From: an uncultured Bacteroidia bacterium
Lineage (GTDB): Bacteria > Bacteroidota > Bacteroidia > Bacteroidales > ML635J-15
Assembly: GCA_902791865.1 (NCBI GenBank)
Contig: CADAXK010000013.1
Location: forward strand, 9,812-73,811
Direction: 5' to 3'
DNA: 64,000 nt
Part shown: positions 1-8,730 of the stretch, in pieces
Position numbering within the stretch: the first letter of the stretch is position 1
How the letters are laid out: every line of letters starts with the position of its first letter
Notes under the pieces: generated by a model
Databases searched by the model: none
Seen by the model: only the letters and a program-made list of their open reading frames with translations
Told to the model about the DNA's origin: nothing
Position numbers and translations under genes: made by a program

Positions 1-2130
1 GGTCCTGTATTTTCGACATCGCTGGGACTTTACCGCTACAACAGAATGCAGGAAAAGTTTGTCAAGGATACCACTTGCTTCTGCATAGGCTCCGACTGCT
101 CATCAATATTTGGCATTATCCGAGAGGATTCGTGCGGAAATATATGGTACAACTGCTCTTTGGCCGATGCCTACGAACGCGAAGTCGGTATAATAAACTT
201 CGACACGGAAGGCAATTTTGTCCGCGAGACTTCTGCTTTTGGACAAATGAAGGAGTCGGTAGTGGAAACTATATATCCCGAAAATGCAGATATAGTATGG
301 TTCGGTACCTCCGATGCCTTGATTAAATATCACAAAAATAAAAACTTACAGATAAAAAAAGACAGCGCTTTCGTATGCATGATAAGAACGGTAGCCGTGG
401 CAAACGACTCCATAATTTACGCTTTCGACCATGATTATCAAGAAGATGTAAAATTCATGCACGAGATAAAGTATCTCGACAGGAAAATCAGGTTCGAGGT
501 GGCAGGACTTGCATACAACACCTTTGGCGACACCGAATACCAGTTCATGCTCGATGGTCTGGACGACGACTGGTCGGATTGGACAACCGACTCGTACAAG
601 GAATACATCAGCCTATCTGAAGGTAAATACAAGTTTCTGGTACGATCCCGCAACGGATACGGACAAATAAGCAATATTGCCGAATTCAACTTCGAGGTTA
701 CACCACCATACTACAGATCTGCTTGGGCATACATTCTTTATTTTCTTTGTTTTGTTGTCATAACCGTCTTGATTGTAGCATGGAGAAACATCATCCACAC
801 CAAAGAAAAGTACCGTCTCGAGAAACTTGTTGAACAGCGCACAAACGACCTTGTTTTGCAAAAGGAGCAAACAGAACGGCTGGTAAAAAAACTTTTGCCC
901 CAGAATACTGTTACCGAACTTCAGCTTACAGGAAATGCTACTTCGAAGAAATACGACATGGTTACTGTGCTATTCTCCGACATACAGGGCTTCACAAAAA
1001 TTGCAGCGGCGACCAATCCCGAAGAGCTCATCAAGTACCTAAACGAACTATTCGTTTCGTTCGACAATATCATATCGAAATACAACATTGAGAAAATCAA
1101 GACTATAGGCGACGCATACATGTGTGCAGGAGGAATGCCCAACCGCGATGCGACAAATCCAGTAGAGGTTGTGCTTGCTGGTCTGGAAATGCAGAGAGCC
1201 CTCGATGAACTCAACGCAAAACACGACCTAAAGATGAAAATGCGTGTCGGTATCCACACTGGATCGGTAGTGGCTGGTGTCGTAGGTGCACAAAAGATAG
1301 AATACGACATTTGGGGCGACACAGTAAACATTGCAAGCCGTATGGAATCACATGGCGAAGTCGGCAAGGTCAACATTTCCGAAGCCACATATAGGCAAGT
1401 GAAGAAGTTCTTCAAGTGCGAAACCCGCGGCATGATGAATGTGAAGAACAAGGGCGAAATGGAAATGTACTTCGTTGACGGCATTCTGGACGAACTGTCG
1501 GAAAACGGGGATGGAATCACGCCAAACCATTTGTTCAATGTGCGCAAGCTTAGCCTCGACTTCTCTATCCTTCAGGAAGACATTTTCGAACAGATGCAAC
1601 ACGACCTGCCGAAAAACCTTTACTACCACAACATCAAGCACACTTCGGATGCAATTTATCGTGTCACCGACATCGGAACAAAAGAAAATGTGTCGGAAGA
1701 GGATTTGCTGTTACTGCGTTGCGCTGCCCTATTCCACGACACAGGCTTCATGGCAAGCTACGACAACAACGAGGAAATCGGTGCAAGATTGGCTCAGCAG
1801 GAATTAGGAAAGCGTAAGTTCTCGCGCGAACAGATTGAAAAAATCAAGGGCATGATTATGGCCACCAAAGTACCGCAGAATCCTCACAACCTGCTCGAGG
1901 AAATCATGTGCGATGCCGACCTCGACTACTTAGGACGACCAGATTTCATACCTATTTCGCAGAACCTTTTCCGCGAACTTTTCGAGCGAGGCAAAATCGA
2001 TTCGATAGAACAATGGAACAAGATGCAGTACAAGTTCATTACCGAACATCACTACTTTACCGAAACTGCCAAACGCAGTGGCGAGCCAGGAAAGAAACAG
2101 GTTCTCAAAGAATTGAAGGAGTTGATTTAA
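1..2130 (+). CDS. Sensor adenylate cyclase, 5' end outside the window: Y_Y_Y-type domain, TM helix, class III nucleotidyl cyclase, C-terminal HD domain
   Basis: Frame 1 is open from base 1, with no stop before the ATG at 46, so the gene begins upstream. It has a Y_Y_Y-like block (YQFMLDGLDDDWSDW...GKYKFLVRS) and a TM helix (AWAYILYFLCFVVITVLIVAW). The cyclase core reads VTVLFSDIQGFT...IKTIGDAYM...EYDIWGDTVNIASRME. The HD signature reads NIKHT...LFHDTGF...CDADLDYLG. Confidence 0.8.
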   Translation, partial: GPVFSTSLGLYRYNRMQEKFVKDTTCFCIGSDCSSIFGIIREDSCGNIWYNCSLADAYEREVGIINFDTEGNFVRETSAFGQMKESVVETIYPENADIVWFGTSDALIKYHKNKNLQIKKDSAFVCMIRTVAVANDSIIYAFDHDYQEDVKFMHEIKYLDRKIRFEVAGLAYNTFGDTEYQFMLDGLDDDWSDWTTDSYKEYISLSEGKYKFLVRSRNGYGQISNIAEFNFEVTPPYYRSAWAYILYFLCFVVITVLIVAWRNIIHTKEKYRLEKLVEQRTNDLVLQKEQTERLVKKLLPQNTVTELQLTGNATSKKYDMVTVLFSDIQGFTKIAAATNPEELIKYLNELFVSFDNIISKYNIEKIKTIGDAYMCAGGMPNRDATNPVEVVLAGLEMQRALDELNAKHDLKMKMRVGIHTGSVVAGVVGAQKIEYDIWGDTVNIASRMESHGEVGKVNISEATYRQVKKFFKCETRGMMNVKNKGEMEMYFVDGILDELSENGDGITPNHLFNVRKLSLDFSILQEDIFEQMQHDLPKNLYYHNIKHTSDAIYRVTDIGTKENVSEEDLLLLRCAALFHDTGFMASYDNNEEIGARLAQQELGKRKFSREQIEKIKGMIMATKVPQNPHNLLEEIMCDADLDYLGRPDFIPISQNLFRELFERGKIDSIEQWNKMQYKFITEHHYFTETAKRSGEPGKKQVLKELKELI

Positions 2131-2184
2131 AAAAGAAACTTCAAAAAAAATATATAAGACATTATGCGTTGTCATAAATATATA

Positions 2185-2192
2185 TATATTTG
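2185..2192 (+). promoter_or_regulatory. Candidate Bacteroidota sigma-A -7 box (TATATTTG)
   Basis: Matches TAnnTTTG, 29 nt upstream of the ATG at 2221. Confidence 0.4.
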
Positions 2193-2220
2193 CACTGTTG
2201 AACTACAAATATGAACAGTT

Positions 2221-2685
2221 ATGAAAAGAACACTCATCATATCACTTCTAGTTGCAGCAATGGACGTGATAGCATTTGTAGGTTGCGAAAAGGAAGACAC
2301 AATAGAAAAACCAACTATTACAGCGGTTGACAGCCTTTCTCAAACTACGCCAGTAACTCACAATACAACATTGTCGTATTCGGGTTGTCATTCAGGACAA
2401 AGGGATGGGTATGACCCAATAGTGTCAACAAATTATGAAAATGGTATTCTGTCGTTAACTATAGAAAATTTTCGCGTTAACTGCGCTATGGATAGCATTT
2501 TTTCAGAGTTAACAGTTGACAATCAAACAATTGATTTGAATCTCAAAGAAAATTCGTATGCTGCTAATTGTGTATGTCCCGTTGATGTAAACTATTCAAT
2601 CGATAACATAAGAGCAGGAACATACGAATTAATAATAAGGCATGCTGATATAATTAAATATCAGGAAGAAATAACTTGCGAATAA
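2221..2685 (+). CDS. Cys-rich lipoprotein of unknown function (paralog of 3137..3589)
   Basis: Signal peptide with lipobox (AFVGC). Both paralogs share the linker CEKEDTIEKPTITAVDSLSQTTPVTHNT and the C-terminal YQEEITCE. Confidence 0.7.
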   Translation: MKRTLIISLLVAAMDVIAFVGCEKEDTIEKPTITAVDSLSQTTPVTHNTTLSYSGCHSGQRDGYDPIVSTNYENGILSLTIENFRVNCAMDSIFSELTVDNQTIDLNLKENSYAANCVCPVDVNYSIDNIRAGTYELIIRHADIIKYQEEITCE

Positions 2686-2708
2686 TCACATAAATATCAT
2701 CGAAAATT

Positions 2709-3140
2709 ATGAAAAAAACACTCATCATATCACTTCTAGTTGCAGCAATGGGAATGATAACATTTATGGGATGTAAAAAACATAACTTGGAAAGCCCTTC
2801 GCTTCCGAACACATCATGGAGACTTATTGCTTTTGTAGGAAATGGAGTATCTACACCAGTAGATTATGGTTATAAAACAAATAGTTTTACCATTAATTTT
2901 AAGAATAATAGGAAGTGGGATGGAGTAAGTTCTTCGAATCACATGGAAGGTAAATATAGCGTTTCCAATCATAATGTCAAGATTGAAATTTCATTAACAA
3001 CAGAAATTAGTGAAACAAAAGACGGACTAAAGTTTGTTGACAAATTGGGAAAAGTAACATCGTATGTTTCCGCTTCCAATCAATTGAGACTGGATATAGA
3101 TGAAAATGAATCTTTACTATTTGAAAGGATACAGCAATGA
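2709..3140 (+). CDS. META-domain (HslJ-like) lipoprotein
   Basis: Lipobox FMGC. The WRLIAF...FTINF...GVSSSNHMEGKY...N.L pattern is typical of META domains. The signal-peptide DNA is nearly identical to that of 2221..2685. Confidence 0.6.
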   Translation: MKKTLIISLLVAAMGMITFMGCKKHNLESPSLPNTSWRLIAFVGNGVSTPVDYGYKTNSFTINFKNNRKWDGVSSSNHMEGKYSVSNHNVKIEISLTTEISETKDGLKFVDKLGKVTSYVSASNQLRLDIDENESLLFERIQQ

Positions 3141-3589
3141 AAAAGTTAGCTTTATTGATAGGAATATTTGGCGTGATAGCATTTGTAAGTTGCGAAAAGG
3201 AAGACACAATAGAAAAACCTACTATTACAGCGGTTGACAGCCTTTCTCAAACTACGCCAGTAACTCACAATACTGAATTGTCATATACTGGATGTCATTC
3301 AAATCAAAGGGACGGGTATATAGTATCAACTAGCTATGACAATGGTGTTTTACTGTTGTCAATTGAGAATTTTTATATCGATTGCGGAATAGATAGTCTT
3401 AGTGTGTTTTCAGAAGTTGATAGTCAAACTATTGATGTAAATATTCGTGAAATATTGGAAACGACAACCAATTGTGCATGCCAAATTGGTGTAAATTGTT
3501 CAATTGACAATATAAAAGCAGGAAGATATGAATTGATCTTAAGGGAAGATGGTTTTGTTTTTTATCAGGAAGAAATAACTTGCGAATAG
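3137..3589 (+). CDS. Cys-rich lipoprotein of unknown function (paralog of 2221..2685)
   Basis: ATGA start/stop overlap with the preceding gene. Lipobox FVSC. Same linker and same YQEEITCE terminus as the paralog. Confidence 0.7.
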   Translation: MKKLALLIGIFGVIAFVSCEKEDTIEKPTITAVDSLSQTTPVTHNTELSYTGCHSNQRDGYIVSTSYDNGVLLLSIENFYIDCGIDSLSVFSEVDSQTIDVNIREILETTTNCACQIGVNCSIDNIKAGRYELILREDGFVFYQEEITCE

Positions 3590-3620
3590 TTCGTATATCC
3601 ACAAAAAAATAGCATAAAGA

Positions 3621-3657
3621 AAATTGGCAGATGCTTACGCACCTGCCAATTTTTTAT
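3621..3657 (+). terminator. Rho-independent terminator
   Basis: 10-bp stem aaattggcag/ctgccaattt with a 12-nt loop, followed by a T-run. Confidence 0.6.
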
Positions 3658-3683
3658 TTGTGTTTTTTATTCAAACCCTCCAG

Positions 3684-3895
3684 GTCATTCCGTAAGACAA
3701 AGCGAACCGACTAAGGGACGTGTCGTGTGAGCCTGTCTATACGGAACTCTCTCACGAAACGAAGTGAGTAATCTCCTATTGAAACGGTTTCAGTTGGAGA
3801 TTGTTCGCTTTGCTTCACGAGGCTGTTGTGTTCCGCACAATTGAACAATATTACGCTCCCCGTTCCGTATCGCGTTATTGTTCTAACTTGCGGAC
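3684..3895 (+). repeat. MITE-like foldback element, copy 1 (long form, degenerate right end)
   Basis: Starts GTCATTCCGTAAG and ends CTAACTTGCGGAC. The arms align with the copies at 7939, 18004, 29906 and 36053. It carries an extra palindromic apex. Confidence 0.75.
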
Positions 3896-4024
3896 CCTTT
3901 AGTGCATGCAGCGGAGCAAGTAATGACTGATGATGTGCAAACTTCAGTCAAACTGTATATAGTTTCCATTTTTTTTGACATCAAAAAAAATCAGAAAACT
4001 CTCCATCCCAATCGTAATTTACAT

Positions 4025-4032
4025 TATTTTTG
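4025..4032 (+). promoter_or_regulatory. Candidate -7 box (TATTTTTG) for glnS
   Basis: TAnnTTTG, 33 nt upstream of the ATG at 4065. Confidence 0.45.
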
Positions 4033-4064
4033 CACGTTTTCTAACACAAACAAAATTCAACAAG

Positions 4065-5744
4065 ATGGAAGAAAAAAAGGACTCACTGAATTTTATCGAA
4101 CAAATCATCGAGAACGATTTGTCGTCAGGAAAAGTAACTAGCACATACACTCGTTTTCCCCCAGAACCCAACGGATACCTGCACATCGGACACGCAAAGT
4201 CCATCTGCCTCAACTTCGGCATCAAGAACCAGTACCACGGCAAGTGCAACCTGCGTTTCGACGACACCAACCCGTCGAAGGAAGACGTTGAATATGTAAA
4301 CTCGATAATCGCCGATATAAAGTGGCTCGGCTTCGAGTACGACAAGTTGCTCTACACATCCGACTATTTCGACCAGCTTTACGAATGGGCCAAGATGCTT
4401 ATCCGCGAAGGCAAGGCCTACGTCGATGAACAGACTCCCGACCAGATTGCCGAACAGCGCACCAATCCTACCATACCCGGTATCGAAAGCCCGTTCCGCA
4501 ACCGTCCCACCGAGGAAAGCCTCAAGCGCCTCGAGGAAATGAACGCCGGTATGCACGAGGAAGGCTCGATGGTACTGCGCGCCAAAGTAGATATGAATTC
4601 GCCCAACATGCACATGCGCGACCCGATTATGTACCGCATCATCCGTCGTCCGCACGACCGCACTGGCGACAAGTGGAACATCTACCCGATGTACGACTAC
4701 GCACACGGACAGAGCGACTACATCGAAGGCATCACCCACTCCATCTGCACCTTGGAATTCGAGGTTCACCGTCCGCTATACGACTGGTTCCTCGACCAGA
4801 TTGACAAGACCGGCAAGCGTCCTCAGCAGATTGAATTTGCACGACTGAACCTTTCATATACCGTAATGAGCAAGCGCAAGCTTCTCGAACTCGTGAACAA
4901 CAAGTATGTAAGCGGCTGGGACGACCCGCGAATGCCTACCGTAAGCGGTTTGCGCCGTCGTGGCTACACTCCCGAATCAATCCGCACCTTCGCCGAGAAA
5001 ATCGGTGTTGCAAAGCGCGAAAATATGATTGACGTGAGCCTTCTCGAATACTGCATCCGCGAAGACCTCAACAAGCGTGACTACAGAATATTGGCAGTTC
5101 TCGACCCGCTGAAGGTCGTGATTACCAACTACCCCGAAGGCCAGACCGAAAAACTTGAAGCACAGAACAATCCAGAAGACGAAAACGCAGGAACACGCCA
5201 GCTCACCTTCGGACGCGAAATCTACATCGAGCGCGAAGACTTCATGGAAGATGCTCCAAACAAGTTCTTCCGTCTGAAACCGGGCGGCGAAGTGCGCCTG
5301 AGATATGCATATTTCATCAAGTGCAACGAAGTGATAAAGGATGCCGACGGCAACATCACCGAACTGCACTGCACCTACGACCCCGAAAGCCGTGGCGGAA
5401 AGTCGCCCGACGGCCGCAAGGTAAAGGGAACAATCCACTGGGTAAACTGCGACACCTGCGTTGATGCCGAAGTTCGTCTGTACGACCGTCTGTTCACCAA
5501 GGAAAACCCCGACGACCTTGCCGAAGGCGAAACCTACCTCACCTATCTGAATCCGGATTCGTTGAAGGTTGTCACCGCTAAGGTCGAGGAATACATAAAG
5601 GAAACCAAGGAGACAAGCTTCCAGTTCGAGCGCAAGGGCTACTTCTGCTTCGACAAGGACTCGACTCCCGAAAAGCCTGTATTCAACCGCACCGTCACAC
5701 TGAAGGACTCGTGGGCTAAAATTGCAGAAAATGACAAGAAGTAG
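4065..5744 (+). CDS. glnS: Glutamine--tRNA ligase
   Basis: Class I HIGH motif (PEPNGYLHIGHAK) and VMSKR (KMSKS-like). It is GlnRS-like along its full length. I place the start at MEEKKDSLNFIEQII rather than at the ORF-track 3975, which would run through the promoter box. Confidence 0.95.
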   Translation: MEEKKDSLNFIEQIIENDLSSGKVTSTYTRFPPEPNGYLHIGHAKSICLNFGIKNQYHGKCNLRFDDTNPSKEDVEYVNSIIADIKWLGFEYDKLLYTSDYFDQLYEWAKMLIREGKAYVDEQTPDQIAEQRTNPTIPGIESPFRNRPTEESLKRLEEMNAGMHEEGSMVLRAKVDMNSPNMHMRDPIMYRIIRRPHDRTGDKWNIYPMYDYAHGQSDYIEGITHSICTLEFEVHRPLYDWFLDQIDKTGKRPQQIEFARLNLSYTVMSKRKLLELVNNKYVSGWDDPRMPTVSGLRRRGYTPESIRTFAEKIGVAKRENMIDVSLLEYCIREDLNKRDYRILAVLDPLKVVITNYPEGQTEKLEAQNNPEDENAGTRQLTFGREIYIEREDFMEDAPNKFFRLKPGGEVRLRYAYFIKCNEVIKDADGNITELHCTYDPESRGGKSPDGRKVKGTIHWVNCDTCVDAEVRLYDRLFTKENPDDLAEGETYLTYLNPDSLKVVTAKVEEYIKETKETSFQFERKGYFCFDKDSTPEKPVFNRTVTLKDSWAKIAENDKK

Positions 5745-6204
5745 AATAGCACTTTTCCCAGGCTCGTTCGACCCGATAACCGTCGGGCACGAGTCTGTTA
5801 TTCGCCGCGCACTGCCGATGTTCGACAAAATAATTGTCGGCGTAGGAGTTAATTCCGAGAAATCGGCAATGCTGCCAAGCGAAAAGCGCGTAGAACTGAT
5901 AAAAAAAGTGTTCGCCGACGAGCCAAAAGTGGAAGTCGTAACCTATTCGGGACTTACGGTTGACTACTGCAAGGCAAACAATATCTGTTTCATACTGCGC
6001 GGACTGCGTACCTCTGCCGACTTCGAGTTCGAGCGTTCGATTGGTCATGCCAACCAGCTTCTCGACAAGAACATCGAAACCATATTTATGCTAACCCTGC
6101 CCGAACACACTTGCATATCGTCGAGCATTGTGCGCGACATTGCAAAGAACAACGGCGACATTTCAGCATTTCTGCCCAAGGCGATTGGAAGGAAAGATTT
6201 TTAA
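5722..6204 (+). CDS. coaD: Phosphopantetheine adenylyltransferase
   Basis: IALFPGSFDPITVGH...ISSSIVR motifs. Overlaps the glnS 3' end by 23 nt. Confidence 0.93.
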   Translation: MQKMTRSRIALFPGSFDPITVGHESVIRRALPMFDKIIVGVGVNSEKSAMLPSEKRVELIKKVFADEPKVEVVTYSGLTVDYCKANNICFILRGLRTSADFEFERSIGHANQLLDKNIETIFMLTLPEHTCISSSIVRDIAKNNGDISAFLPKAIGRKDF

Positions 6205-6275
6205 TAAAGCAGAACAATTCGCACACAGCCTTACTTATATACAAATCAGTATATTACACAAAATTTTTCAATCAA

Positions 6276-6364
6276 AATCGGAGATTTTCTTAGCAAGAAT
6301 CGGAGATTTTTTTCACAACAAATCGCAGATTTTTTTGAAACAAATCGGAGATTTTTATTACATG
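6276..6364 (+). repeat. Four direct repeats with core AATCG(G/C)AGATTTTT, period 22-23 bp
   Basis: Units start at 6276, 6298, 6321 and 6343. Confidence 0.85.
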
Positions 6365-6463
6365 TATCATCCTAAATTTTCGCTTGTTGTGGGTGGCGAC
6401 CACATGCCGTTGGACGAGTTCTTTTCTGGAAACTTAGAGAATTTGCTGTAGTGTGATATTCAT

Positions 6464-6491
6464 GTCATTGGGGATTTGCAACCTTTAGCTC
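6464..6491. repeat. Solo fragment related to the MITE-like element terminus
   Basis: GTCATTggggatttGCAACCTTTAGCTC resembles the reverse complement of the copy-5 end (GAGCTAAAGGTTGCGGAATGAC). Confidence 0.4.
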
Positions 6492-6627
6492 GTTGTTCCA
6501 AAAGGCAACTGTCCACATAAACCACTACAAACCAACATATTATACGTAGTACACCATTTCACAACCACTCAAAAATCAACGCAATTAAAAAAAATTGATT
6601 TTTTTCCGCCAATTCAATTTAAAGCGT

Positions 6628-6635
6628 TAAATTTG
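6628..6635 (+). promoter_or_regulatory. Candidate -7 box (TAAATTTG)
   Basis: TAnnTTTG, 38 nt upstream of the ATG at 6673. Confidence 0.4.
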
Positions 6636-6672
6636 CACCCTCAAATTGTAATGTTATTTTTAAGAACAGATT

Positions 6673-7374
6673 ATGTCAAACGAGAAAACTACACAGCAAG
6701 AAGGTATGCAGAATGTTGAATCTGCATTGAACCGCACAGAAAACTGGTTCGAAAAAAATCAGAAGATCATTATCATAATTTTCGCTGCTATCGTTGTAAT
6801 AGCACTGGGAATCATCGCATACATGAAGTTTGTACGCGAACCTAAGAACCGCGAAGCAATGACCGAATTATACAAGGCAGAATTTGCATTTGCACAGGAC
6901 AGCTTCAATCTTGCACTCAACGGAATCGATGGCGAATACAGCGGTTTCGCTGCAATCGTTGAAGATTATGGCAGAACTCCATCGGGAAATGCTGCTCGCT
7001 ACTACGCTGGCGTTTGCTGCATGAGACTTGGTGAATTCGAAGATGCTATTTCATACCTTGAAGGTTTCGACAGCGACGACCCAATGATTGGTCCTATGGC
7101 TGTTGCTCTTGTCGGAGATGCTCACATGGAACTCGGTGACAACGAAAAGGCTGCCAAAAACTATGTAAAGGCTGCTGACAAAGCAAACAACGACTACCTT
7201 ACTCCTCTCTTCCTCATTAAGGCTGGCAACACCTACGAACTTATGGGCGAATACCAGAAAGCTCTTGACACATACACAAGAGTACAGGAAGAATATTACA
7301 ATGTACTTGAACGCAACGACAAGACAAACATCGAAAAGTACATCAAGCGTGCAGAAATGCATCTTAACAAGTAA
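6673..7374 (+). CDS. Membrane-anchored tetratricopeptide-repeat protein (YfgM-like)
   Basis: N-terminal TM helix (IIIIFAAIVVIALGIIAYM), then TPR-like helices (ARYYAGVCCMRLGEFEDAISYLE...GEYQKALDTY). Confidence 0.65.
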   Translation: MSNEKTTQQEGMQNVESALNRTENWFEKNQKIIIIIFAAIVVIALGIIAYMKFVREPKNREAMTELYKAEFAFAQDSFNLALNGIDGEYSGFAAIVEDYGRTPSGNAARYYAGVCCMRLGEFEDAISYLEGFDSDDPMIGPMAVALVGDAHMELGDNEKAAKNYVKAADKANNDYLTPLFLIKAGNTYELMGEYQKALDTYTRVQEEYYNVLERNDKTNIEKYIKRAEMHLNK

Positions 7375-7436
7375 ATCACATTATCTTTCATATTTTTTGT
7401 CGGGGGACTTGTCCCCCATTTTTTTAATATTAGACT

Positions 7437-7937
7437 ATGGCAAGCGAACTCAAGAACCTATCAATCTACAACGAAACTGGAATAGCAAAGCAAAATCCAG
7501 AACATCCATATAGAATTGGTATTGCCGTTTCCGAATGGAACCAGGAAATTACAGCCAACCTCGCTAAAGGTGCTATCGAAACCCTTAAGAAATACGGATA
7601 CAACGATTCCGACATCGTTTTGCGTAGCGTTCCTGGAAGTTTCGAACTGCCACTCGGCGCAATATACCTCATCGAGAACCAAGAATGCGATGCTGTAATA
7701 TGCCTCGGCTGCGTAATTCAGGGCGACACCAAGCACTTCGACTATGTTTGCTCGGGCGTTACACAAGGCATCATGGACGTGAACACCAGATATGCAACAC
7801 CTGTCGCATTCGGATTGCTTACCACCAACAACCAGCAACAGGCAATCGACCGCTCAGGTGGACGACTTGGCAACAAAGGTACCGAAGCTGCTGCTGCAGC
7901 ACTGAAAATGCTTACCCTAAAAAATGAAGTTTTATAA
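7437..7937 (+). CDS. ribH: 6,7-dimethyl-8-ribityllumazine synthase
   Basis: RIGIAVSEWNQEIT...VPGSFELP...LGCVIQGDTKHFDYV are lumazine synthase signatures. Confidence 0.95.
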   Translation: MASELKNLSIYNETGIAKQNPEHPYRIGIAVSEWNQEITANLAKGAIETLKKYGYNDSDIVLRSVPGSFELPLGAIYLIENQECDAVICLGCVIQGDTKHFDYVCSGVTQGIMDVNTRYATPVAFGLLTTNNQQQAIDRSGGRLGNKGTEAAAAALKMLTLKNEVL

Positions 7938-7938
7938 C

Positions 7939-8122
7939 GTCATTCCACAAAGCAGAACGAACAGGCGTAGGAACGAGCCTTGTGAGTTTGCTTATGCGGA
8001 ATCTCAAATCAGTGCGCAATGGAGATTACTCACTTCGTTTCGTGAAGGAGATTCCGCACAGTCGAACAATACTATGCTCCCCCGTTCCGTATCGCATTAT
8101 TGTTCTGACTTGCGGAATGACT
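7939..8122 (+). repeat. MITE-like foldback element, copy 2
   Basis: GTCATTCCACAA...TTGCGGAATGAC termini. Begins 2 nt after the ribH stop. Confidence 0.8.
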
Positions 8123-8136
8123 ATTTGTTATAAATA

Positions 8137-8730
8137 ATGTTTTTGAAAAAACAAAATATCATAATACACCAAATAAAGATTGTATTGCTGATTTTGATGT
8201 CGACAACGACATTGCTATCGTGTATCCCGCAAAAAAAGTGGGAAAAGGCTACCATAACATTCAACGACAATACCGAAAAAGAAGCATACGTTTACGCATC
8301 GCCTCTTTCCTACTACAATTTCTTCAGAGCAAAATATTCACTCGAAGAACGCAGGATAATCTTTCCTCCTGATTCGGTCAAATTGGTAGCCAACAATAAT
8401 TTCAAATATCAATCGCTTTTCTTCGATGTAGAACGGTTCGGGATGGAATCGTATGGCTTCGTCAAGCATATCGCAGGCAAAAAGTTATATATCGCCGTTT
8501 CTAAATTCAAGATGAAAACATGCGCATGCAAAACATCTGGCGGATATTTCAAGGGATATTTCATCGTTCACGGCGACAAGTACGAAAAAATCGAAACAGA
8601 CCTAAAAAAACGTGTTATTAATGTAAACCTGCTAAATATGTTCATCAAGGACGAAGGTTTCAACTTTGAAATACCTCAGCAAGTAAGTCTTGAGGAATTA
8701 ATTTCATTAATCGGCAAGATGGACATTTAA
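8137..8730 (+). CDS. Hypothetical protein, possible lipoprotein
   Basis: ORF with a hydrophobic N-terminus and a Cys (TTLLSC). No recognisable family. AT-rich. Confidence 0.45.
   Translation: MFLKKQNIIIHQIKIVLLILMSTTTLLSCIPQKKWEKATITFNDNTEKEAYVYASPLSYYNFFRAKYSLEERRIIFPPDSVKLVANNNFKYQSLFFDVERFGMESYGFVKHIAGKKLYIAVSKFKMKTCACKTSGGYFKGYFIVHGDKYEKIETDLKKRVINVNLLNMFIKDEGFNFEIPQQVSLEELISLIGKMDI

Noticed and set aside
3975-4064. N-terminal extensions in the ORF track for glnS (3975), upp (9084), the AtoE-like gene (13393), the YwqK-like gene (9912), the RAYT-like gene (52812, a GTG) and PorP (40974, a TTG).
   Set aside because: The extensions run through TAnnTTTG promoter boxes, AT-rich noncoding-like sequence or a palindrome. 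Downstream ATGs give N-termini that match the family or signal-peptide expectation.
5722-5744. The 23-nt overlap of glnS and coaD as a possible recoding or frameshift site.
   Set aside because: Both proteins are complete in their own frames. No slippery sequence is seen, and short overlaps are ordinary in compact operons.
6128-6451. 107-aa ORF with repeated IGDFF peptides.
   Set aside because: It is the 22-bp DNA tandem repeat read through in one frame. It has no start context or promoter box, and the repeat period is not a multiple of 3.
7375-7436. FMN riboswitch upstream of ribH.
   Set aside because: The gap is only 62 nt and lacks the conserved FMN aptamer helices.
7924-8133. ORFs translated across the foldback elements (7924..8133, 3902..4141) and across the tRNA (29584..29958).
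   Set aside because: They coincide with repeat copies that occur in both orientations, and with a tRNA gene. Conservation is at the DNA-structure level, not in a reading frame.
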